This document shows positions 1 through 9,574 of a stretch of 64,000 bases of DNA, piece after piece. The notes under the pieces are model-generated. The model was not told where the DNA came from. It saw only the letters and a list, made by a program, of their open reading frames with translations, and searched no databases. Position 1 is the stretch's first letter, and the number at the start of each line of letters is the position of its first letter. Made by a program: the position numbers and the translations under genes. This stretch comes from Klebsormidium nitens. Its lineage: Eukaryota > Plantae > Klebsormidiophyceae. The stretch is taken from NCBI GenBank assembly GCA_000708835.1, contig DF237181.1:1-64000 (forward strand). Direction: 5' to 3'.

Positions 1-2330
1 AGGAACCCAAAACGCAGTGGGCACTGGCGAGCGAAAGGTAAAGCCAGGAACTAGTGAAACTTAAAGTGTTCGAAACGTTGACGCTTTTGAGATTCATCCG
101 GGACCGCATCAGGAGTTGCTCTGAAGTGTCTAAAGGGGCAGAATGAAGCTGAGGGGTTGCTGCGTCCTTCTTATAGCTGAATTGCTCATGCCCATCGCCG
201 CATTTTCCCCTCATTCTGACCTTTGAAATCTCCGCAACCTGTTCTCTACATATCCACACTTTCTTACCCGGTTTCAAAAAAGGCTTGCATTTGAATAAGT
301 TGGTTCCATCACCCAACAGGATTAAGTCTCATCTATCATTCAAAAAAATTCTCTCAGCTCACAAAGCTCTCTCCAACAATTAGGATCTAAATTTCTCAAT
401 CACTGTAGGTGACCAGGTCTTTCCGGCAGCCAATCCATGCTTTTCGAACCATTTGTCTTCAGATCCAAAAGCTCTTTCCAGCGATCGGGTTCTAGTATTC
501 AGCCATCCGTCACGTTTTTGGCAGCCGTTCACACTTTTGGGCAACCGTTCACACTTTTGGGCAACCGTGACGACAAGTCCGGCGGGGCTTCCGTTGTCAA
601 CGGCTTTTCCAAAGACGCGCTCGCGGCCGCGTGGAACGTCGACGAGCCGACGGTCGAAAAGCTGCCGACGTCGCAGAAGGGCGCGTTCATCATCAAGCTC
701 GAGGACAAGGAGCGCGCGCGCGGGCCCGCGCCGCGCGCCGCCGCCACGTGGCCGTTTGGTGACGTCAGCTTCAACCTGGAGGAGACGCAGCCGGAAATCG
801 TAACCAAGGGCGGGTCCCTCAACTTTGTGAACGAGTTCAAGATGCCGGTTCTGAAGAAAGTCGGGATGAGTGCAGCGTGCGTAAAGCTCAAGGCGGTAAG
901 GAATCAAGTCCGAGATGTGACAACTCTTTTGAATCTGCAAATTTGTTTAGAACTAAATAGTGCACTTTTGACAGAGTCAGTTCCGCTGAAAAGATACCGA
1001 TAAGCTGCAGGAAGATACAGACACGTTTCGAAACAGCCGTACTGCAGGGACCTACAAACCTCGCTGCTGATCCTGATGACCCACAAACACATATTGACGC
1101 ATTTGAATTGAGCGGTTGGTATTAAAGAAGCGAAGTCGTTCCCCGCATCAAAAGGCGATTGAACCTCTGCATGACAGCTGCTTTTGTAAACTCGGATGCC
1201 GAAACCAGCGGGTCGGCTCTTCGATTTCAAAGCCCCATTTCCACAAAAGAAATGCCCATCGAAGCCGATCACACCACTCGTTTTACCAATCGTCCAAGAA
1301 GTACCTTCGATACACTATACGTTCGCAGATGGAGCATATCTCTATCATCGTCCCCCCACTCCGCCAATCTGGAAAGTCTAAGCACTTAACTTTTATTCAA
1401 GCGTTGAAAAACAATGTGACATTCTCCTTCTCCATTTGAAAATTTGGGTTGTTTGACCCTCTCCTGTAGAATGCAATTTTTGCCCCGGGCTGGTCCCCCA
1501 ACGCGCACCACGTGGTCTACTTCACCCGGGGGAAAGGGCGCATCCAGGTCGCGGCGCCCGGGGGAAAGAGCGAACTAGACCGGGAAGTTTCTGCAGGGCA
1601 GCTGGTAATCATCCCCAAGCACTTCCCGGCCACCAAGCTGGCCGCCCGGGAGTCGCCGCTCGAGTGGGTGACGGTCATGACCAGCCCCGCCCCGGTCTCC
1701 TCCTTCCTGGCCGGGGCACATTCGGTGTACAAAGCGTTCCCCTTCGACTGGCTGGTGGCGGGTGAGACACCGAATTGCTTCATAAGTTTCGAATACGAGA
1801 CGATAAGGAAATATGTTGTCGAAGACTGTCAAGCGGGGGTGACTTTGAAAGTAGGATCCTTTTACGTGCATCAAGCGTTCTTAGAGTTGATCTCTTGCAA
1901 GGTGCTGATTTGCCGAGACGAGAGCGCAATTGCATGTTGCAAAGGCCTTCTATATGGCAGTGATCCATGCTACCTGTTGTACAAAAGGCTATCTGAGAAC
2001 CTGTCCGTAGTGGGCTTCGTTTCATCTTGCCAAAAGTAAAGCTAGAATGTCATCCTTCTGGCTTGGGGGTCGTGATTTTGGCAGGACACTCAGCAAAGCT
2101 GAGAGCCACGTGAGTACCCGGAAATATCATCTTGCTGACGTCAGGTCATTGTATTAGGTTTCGACGTGGACCCCGAGCTCGAGAAGAAGGTTCTCCGCGC
2201 GCAGACCGAGGAGAGCATCATCCTGACCCGCCAGGAGAAGAGCGCTGACGTCAGCGGGCAGCCCAACGAGAGCGGCGAGGAGCACGCGGCTGCATCTTTT
2301 GACGAAGCAGTTGAAGACATTTTTGGTTAG
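1..2330 (+). CDS. 11S globulin/glutelin-like bicupin, paralog 1 (5' part outside window)
   Basis: Exons 2-37 (partial, GT donor at 38), 503 (or 525)-895, 1470-1761, 2158-2330 (TAG), phases consistent. Translation includes FSKDALAAAWNVDEPTVEKL, NAIFAPGWSPNAHHVVYFTRGKGRIQV and GQLVIIPKHFP, typical of legumin-like cupin barrels and collinear with the 4023-8053 paralog. Confidence 0.8.
525..564 (+). repeat. Perfect 20-bp tandem duplication CCGTTCACACTTTTGGGCAA x2 at the start of a cupin exon
   Basis: Identical copies at 525-544 and 545-564, immediately after the AG at 523-524. Confidence 0.95.
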
Positions 2331-2699
2331 CTTTTGGTGGGTACTTGGAACGAGCCACGTTTGGAAGTGCAGGTCATGTCTTAGTGGACAGTGGACAGTG
2401 GCTTATCTCAGGAAAATTTGCCATTTCATTTGTGTACACCTTCCTTCAAACTCACGTCGTACTTCGACATTATGCATTTTCCTGAGATTAGCCGTTCCTG
2501 TATCGGCCGCAAGTGTCTCATCAAAGCACTCCACTCGCATTTGACGTGGGTTGCAGTGAACGGAGACTGATTTCCAAATTCCTTCGTCAGTACTATTTCA
2601 ACTGTAAGATCTGTGAAGCAAGTCATTGCAGTGTATCAAATGCTATCTCTAAGCGTGCCACGTGTACAGACCGTTCCGTTCCAAATTGTTCCATACCGC

Positions 2700-2887
2700 T
2701 CACGCATCACAACGTCCTCGACGTATTCCACAGAGCCCCTCACTCAGGAGATTTCGAACCTCCTGTCATCTGTTCATCATGAATATCAGGCCCCCACTTT
2801 TGTTTTGGAGGCAAAGGTTCCAGCACACTCTTTGCGCTTCTCGCACGCCTCCTTGATATCTTCTGTGGTAACCTCGCCCAGGTCCGT
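2700..2887 (-). pseudogene. Inverted degenerate copy of the last exon of bicupin paralog 2
   Basis: Reverse complement reads DLGEVTTEDIKEACEKRKECAG / PPKQKWGPD / YVEDV.DA*, versus DLDEETEKKFKEACEKREKTIG..PPPKEKWGDD..YVEDIVDA* at 7865-8053. It has frameshifts and an internal stop. The GGAACGGAACGG motif after the stop is also shared. Confidence 0.8.
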
Positions 2888-4022
2888 GGGTGGGCGGAAC
2901 GGAACGATTGACTGGAAACAGACGAATCGTTTGAGCACGGTTCGCAGCGCGAGACGGACTTCAGCATGAATGGATCTACAAGAGTCAATTTTGCATAGAT
3001 GAAATTCCACCAAAGGCAGTGACTTTGCAAACCAAGACATGCAACGATATTTAGTTCCTCTGGGCTTGTTTTCATGAGCCGCGCGGATGCGCGAGCAGCG
3101 CGCGCGGCCACGAGAGGCGCGGAAGAGCGCGCACTGTATGGGTCTTTCAGACTTCCGAACCAACGAGGAATCGAAGTTGCGGACCGAATGTCTTCGTGGG
3201 AATCGTACGTCCGAAGGGGAACAGCCTTTCTCGAAGCATGTGCGCTGAATTTTTGCACCGGCCAGCGGTTGCATGCGCTCCAATTCAGGGTGATTCACTT
3301 CCCTCTCGATACAGTTCAGCAACATGTGCAGACCGGTCCGACGACGAAAGTACGTCACCATTTGATCATCATTAGCTGCTCAGCTGGATTTGTTGATTCG
3401 ATGGAGCAGAGGCACATGTATACTCGCAGCAAGTACAGGTTAACTTGGCGAGTTTAAGCAGATCAGTACCTCCGGCAGAGCATGATAACCTGGTTCTCAA
3501 AATGTGTTGGCATTCTCCCGGTTGATAATCGTCATAATGTACCACAACCCCTTGAGTTTCTGAAAGCGAAGTGCCTCCTCGAGTCCGTATTCTGCCACGC
3601 CGACTCCCGCACGCTTACATTACGACAGTCGTGACAAGTACTGTTGCATGAAAATCCGCGCATGTGCGGCGAGCTAAGATTACGTCTTGCAAGCAGTGCA
3701 TACAGTGTGCCGCCCAGTTACAGGCAGTCGAAGATAAGCGAGGATCTTTCGCAGGCTTTCGTGCCCTTTCCCCTAATCTGAAATACATGTTCCAGCCCAC
3801 AATTGAGTCTGTGGTGGAGAACTCGCCATCTTCAAACACACAGACCGCCCAGTAAAGAACAGCCCACAGCATTCAACATTCTCTCGACTCTCAGCAGACT
3901 CGAAGAAGCGCCCTTCCTTCCAGAGCACCGCCTTCCTGAACCGCCCACAAGGCTCCTTCAAGCGCTTCCAAATCCCCTTCTCCTCCAAAACAAGTCCTCT
4001 GCCCTTTCTGCGCCCAGACACA

Positions 4023-7000
4023 ATGGCGCGGTGTCACCTCTTCGCGCTCCTCGCGCTCCTCGCGAGTGCGCGCGCGTTCGAGTTCATGCCCAGCGGCGAG
4101 AAGGAGCTGCTCAAGACGGACGGCGGCTGCGTCAAGAAGTGGGACCCGTCGGGCCCGCTGGAATGCGCTGGGGTGGGTGCGGGCAAACTAGAGCTGGAGC
4201 CGAAAGGACTGGTTCTGCCCAAGTACTCCAACGAACCGCACCTGGCGTTCGTCGCAGAAGGTAGGGAATTGAGAATCGCTTGTGTTGTTTTGGTGTGCTT
4301 GAATGAAGGGACTGAAGAGTTCGTTTCGTCGTGGTCCTGTGATGAATAAAGCAATGATGTTCTGCTCTTAATTTCTATGCAGAATGTTTCGAGAAAGTCT
4401 GCTGTTTTGAGCTGTTAGAGAATATCTGCTGTTTGTTGGCGGCTTCAACTGGGGGAGCAGAGGGGAGATCGACCTCGTCGAAAACGCCCAATCTACCTGA
4501 GAGTTGTGTCTGTTTCAGCATTGCCTGGTTCAATGAAAAGTCGGTTGCTCGCCGTCTCAAAAATTTATTCTGGGTGCTTTGATGATCTGGAGTGTGTTGG
4601 GCGCTCGGCTAATCTACGGAGCGCGTTTTCTTTTCGCAGCATCTCCCTTTTGCTGACAAGATTTCCGTTTCACTTCATTTGATTTGTTAAACCCTACGTG
4701 CGTCGCAAAAACCCCCCGGCCCTGCGAGCCCGTTATTCTGCGAGGTCTTTCTCCCATCATGCCCTGCCAATCTCCTGCCTTTCAAGCTCGTCTCCCCATT
4801 TCGCGCCTTTTTGCGCGGACAATTCATGCGCGGGCTTAACATCCTCCTTCCGTTCCGCGCACGTTCAACCAGAGCTTGCTCTCCTTTTCTCCCCTGAATA
4901 TTCCCCTATATTCCGCCCCCCCAAAACATTATCTCGTTTCCAGGGGTCTGCGTGCGTGGTTCCGGGCTCATCCGTGGCCTCGCCAATGCGCGCAAGCTCA
5001 GACTAGTTTCCCACCCTACTCCCCCTTCTAGGCGGCAACATATTCCTCCCCATTCCGAGCTCTTCTTTTCCAGGGTATGCTTGCGTGGCCTGGTCGCCCC
5101 AGATAAGAGACAATCTAAACTCCCCTTAGCCCACTTCCCTTGCTGCGATTCTTACCCCCCCACTTCGTGCATTTCTTTTTCAGGGTGTGCGTGCGTGGGG
5201 CTGGTCGCCCCCTGGCGCCCCACCAATCTGCGCAAGATCATACTTACTCCTCCCCCGCCACGCCCTACCCCCCTTTTGCTTGCTGCAAATCCTACCCCCC
5301 CATTTCGTGCATTTCTTTCCCAGGGTGTGCGTGCGTGGGTCTGGTCGCCCCCTGGGGCCCCACCAATCTGCGCAAGCTCAAGTGCGGCGATGTGGTGGCC
5401 ATTCCAAAGGGGTGGGCGTTCTGGGCCTACAACGACGGCGACAAAAAGTTCAAGATGATCGCCGTGGCGGACCGCACGATGACCCGCCAGAAGGAGCTGC
5501 TGAACCACACCGCGAGTTTCTTGCAAACCCTAGCTTTGGCGGGGGGTTTTGCTGGTATTAAGGAGGACTTTGAGAGGGGTATCTAAGTGGATTTGCAAGA
5601 TTTTGAAAAGTCTACCGATGGGGTTGGAAAGATCCTGGCAGGAGAGTTTAGAACGGTGTTAATATCGCACGGATGAATCTCGAACTTGGGGTGATGCATT
5701 GAGTCTGGTTCTCGGGTTGCGGCCACCGATTGATGGGGTCTAGGCGCTGTGGGAAGCTGCAATAACGCTTCGCAATGTTGTTTCCCTGTGGAAGACTTTC
5801 TCCATTTGTCGCCTTGTTACTCTATGCGGTCCGTATCTCTCATCGCCCCAACGAGTCTGCAAGTTCACGTCTGTTTCTGTCCATCCCCATCGCCTATGCG
5901 GCCTCTTTTCCTTATGGGGCGAGAAAGAGCCCTCCATTCTTGCATATCTCCACATACGTACCCTTTCCTTTCTGTTGCGCAGTCCTTCTTCCTTCTCGGC
6001 GAGAAGAAGGACGAGAAGCACGGGTCCGTCCTCCACGGCTTCTCCCCGGACATCCTCGCCTCCATTTGGGGCGTTGACGAATTCCTCGCCAAGAAGGTGC
6101 TCAAGGGCCAAAAGGGCGCGGGAATCATCAAGGTCGAGAAGAAGCTGACGCTCCCCGCGGCCGCGCGCGCGCCCAACGCGTTCTTCGGCGAGTTCAGCTT
6201 CAACCTGAAGGACACGCAGCCGGAGCTCCTGGTGCCACGTGGCGGGTGCGCCAACTTCGTGAACTGCAAGAAGATGCCCACGCTCGAGAAGTTCAAAATC
6301 GGGCTCAGCGCCGCGCTCGTCAAGCTCGAGAAGGTGCGCGCGCGCGCCCCCGGGGGAGCGCCCAACTCTGGTCTCGCGTTGTGCTATGGAACTCACTGCT
6401 GTGTCTGTCAGTTGCAATGCCCGGTACTCGGTTTCGCTAATCTTCTGTCCGGCAATGTTCAGAAACTGTCCTCTTGTTTCCCCCCGAAACAGGATCTTGA
6501 GCGTGCAGTACAAGGGTTCAAAAAGTTGTCAAACAATCCAAAGGACAAAAACCCTCAGAATCTCTCAGTTCGTAAATCGTAATCATATGTCCAAGCTTCT
6601 GTGCAGCGTTGTCTTTCGCAGCCTGCTCTGCTACCTTTTCCTGCTTTCGATGTAAGAAAATTCAGGCCCCAACTTCGCTTCGACTGATCGCTTTGCTTCC
6701 GCTGCAGGGCGCTATCGAGGTCCCCAGTTACATGACGAACGCTGACGCCATCGTCTACGTCACCAAGGTAAGGGGCGGACCTTGACTTGCTTCACGTGGC
6801 ACAGTCAAACCTCTTCTTTCAGATTGCCCTCAGTGCAAGGTTTATTCTGAGGTCGATACATTGAGCTTCATCTATTCTTAGGGATCGTGACGAAAGGTTG
6901 AACAATTAAGGAACAAATTGGCCCATCAGACGGCCTTCCTTCTCCTCTGTTCCGTTTGTGAGCTGTGTTCTCTAACAATTCGGGTCTCCATAAGTCTCTC

Positions 7001-8053
7001 GACTCTTTGGGTTGTCCTGCTTTTCGCTGGTATAGAGCACATCAACGATACTGGATTATCTTTTCCCGCAGGGCAAGGGCCGGGTCAACATCGCGGGCCC
7101 CGGCGGGAAGAACCTGGTGGACAAGGAGGTCAAGTGCGGCGACCTGTTTGTCGTCCCCAAGAACTACCCGGTCGCCAAGCTCGCGGCGAAGGACGACTGC
7201 TTCGAGATGGTGGCCTTCACCACGTGCACCTTCCCCATGTGCATGCGCCTCGCCGGGGAAAAGTCCGTCTTCCACTTCTTACCCAAGGAGATTTACGAAG
7301 CGGGTGAGGATCTTCCGGGGGATCCCCCGCGCAGAACTTCCTGACTTGGGCTAGAGGCGAGAATGTGCGCTTGTTGGAGTCAGTGGGGTTGCAAATGAAG
7401 TGCCCAGGCAAGATTGTGTCGCCACACTTTGTCAAAATTACGAGTAGGCCTGAGCTTCTCTCCGGTGATCAAGGCAGGCAATCAGCGCCTTATTTTTTGT
7501 CATTCAAAAGAAGGCTGTGTTTCTTCTTGATCGTTTAAGAGATGCAACTCTTCTTTCCAAACAAAGATGGGTTGTGAATCGACAACGTTTTGATGTCTGA
7601 GCTTTAGTAAGCTAGTGAAACGCACACATAGCTTTGGGAGAACGACTTGTTTATGCTGCGTCATGTAGCGCGTTCCGTTCCGTGCGCAGTCGTTCCGTTG
7701 CTATGTGATCCGCTCGTGCCTTTCCAGAAACGCTGCTTTTTAGGCCGTGGTTGGTCGTCTTTGCCGCCCAACTGCCACGTCCTGTGACCTTTCTCGGGGT
7801 GTAGCTTACCTCCATTTTGTGCATTGTAAATTTTCTGAAGCCGCTCGTTCTCCTCGGTGCAGCCATGGACCTGGACGAGGAGACCGAGAAGAAGTTCAAG
7901 GAAGCGTGCGAGAAGCGCGAGAAGACCATTGGCATTCTGCCGCCCCCGAAAGAGAAATGGGGGGACGACTCCTACGAGCAACAGGTGAAGGAGTTCGAGC
8001 GCTCCTTCATGAGGGGATTCGTGGACTACGTCGAGGACATTGTTGACGCGTGA
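4023..8053 (+). CDS. Secreted 11S globulin/glutelin-like bicupin, paralog 2 (about 419 aa)
   Basis: Exons 4023-4260, 5324-5511 (GC donor), 5983-6333, 6708-6767, 7072-7303, 7863-8053 give 1260 nt in frame. N-terminal hydrophobic signal (LFALLALLASARA). Two cupin barrels (GLVLPKYSNEPHLAFVAEG; KCGDVVAIPKG / KCGDLFVVPKN). Confidence 0.85.
4931..5380 (+). repeat. Four degenerate tandem copies (110-140 bp) of the intron-1 acceptor plus exon-2 start of bicupin 2
   Basis: TTT(T/C)CAG|GG(T/G)-TGCGTG..GGTCGCCCC-like units with CAG at 4941, 5071, 5181 and 5321. Only the last copy continues into the cupin reading frame. Confidence 0.85.
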
Positions 8054-9574
8054 GCAGAACGGAACGGAGCGGAACGGAACGGGGAGAGGAGAGCGGCTAG
8101 GGGCGCTTGAGTGGTGCCCACAATTTTGATAGAAAGTGGCGGTAGGAAACGGGAGGTTGTATATTGGGAGCTGTGCAAAGATAATCAGCATCAGTAACCA
8201 AAACTTAGTGTCGGACTTTTGTTGATTGTAAGTCTGTTGGGCGGACATGTAAAAAGCCGCGGGAATTGCTGTAAATACGTGAGGTTCTGAAGACTTTTGT
8301 ATTGATTTGCTCTTCAGCACTCCGTAATCAGCGATGCAACTGAATAGCAATTGCTATGTGTACGTTTGAAACGGACGCGTCCAGCCAGGAAACACTTGCA
8401 AGGATTCCGCAGGTTCGCGAATAAACGTTAGATGATGACCCTCAATCTAGCGGCAGCCTGCGTTCAAGGATATGTTGACCAATTCACATCCACACCGGTC
8501 GTGATTTCAAAACACGTGCAGCAGATCTTAGAACTGATTTGGCATCAGTGCACAGCTGGGCAAGCACTGACATTCAAGCCATTGCAGGCTTGTTCCGCGG
8601 CGATCCGGGCGGGTGTCATCATACGGCCAACATTGCATCTGCATGCTAGCTTTATCAATATAAGCTCATGTCATGATGCACTGCGGCTCAGTTCGGGCCC
8701 CGGGGGGCGCCCTTCCCGGCGCATGTACGTGCTCAAATATGCAATTTAGGTAGAACACTGCCAGCGCCAATATTAGGTACACACATGTGTGTATCCCGAA
8801 GCGCGGCGGCCAGTCGCCTACTGTAATATCTAGGCAGGCGCCTATCTTGGATCAATGACCCGCGGCGGCCCATTGAAGCCAGATCTGACTTCGAAGCGTT
8901 CCGATCGTTAATTGGTAACGCTTACGATCGTAAGCAATTTCGAATTATCGCTTGCATGGGATCTAGTCGATCGTCATGCATGTTTGACGTAGCGCGTATA
9001 CATTGGTTACTGCAGGTCAGATGTTTTTATAGATGTTTGAAAGCCAACTTGTTCGGCAACAGCTTGAATGGCAACCTTGAACCTATTTGCGTCTGAACCG
9101 TCATGCCGCAAGAAACATGTGGTAAAGTAACCGGGCCTGTCATGGTTGGCTTGTCGGAGCCGGCCTTGCCGCCCATTTTCATATATACCAAGTAGTGCAC
9201 CGATCAGACTGCGCCGGCCCAACCCCATCATGTACATGTGCTCAAGCTCAGACGGTATGATCCATGCACTTGAACGGGGTACCGAGCAAGGCGGCCGGGC
9301 CCTCGAATCCAGCAACTAGATGCCAAAGGCACTTGTGTAGTATATGTTTTGCCTGATTGTGAATATTATTGACAGCGCTTCTCGACTCAGTCAGTGACTT
9401 CCTCACAAAATTGAATGAAAACTGCTCAGCCGCGACATTTCAATCCAGACACACTTCTCGAGACTCATATAAGACCTTGGTATATCTATCTATGCTTTGC
9501 TTCCGACTCAATTACGTTGCATAAAGCGGCACCCTTCCGCCAAGTACCCAGTGCCTTTGCAGTAACATACCCCC

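Noticed and set aside
1294-1350. EVPSIHYTFADG in a cupin-1 intron, resembling the cupin-2 exon EVPSYMTNAD
   Set aside because: Short and weak at nucleotide level, with no flanking splice sites. Cupin 1 already encodes the equivalent segment at 1470.
7817-8053. 78-aa ORF as a standalone small gene
   Set aside because: It is the last exon of bicupin 2: acceptor at 7861-7862, and phase 1 matches the donor at 7304.
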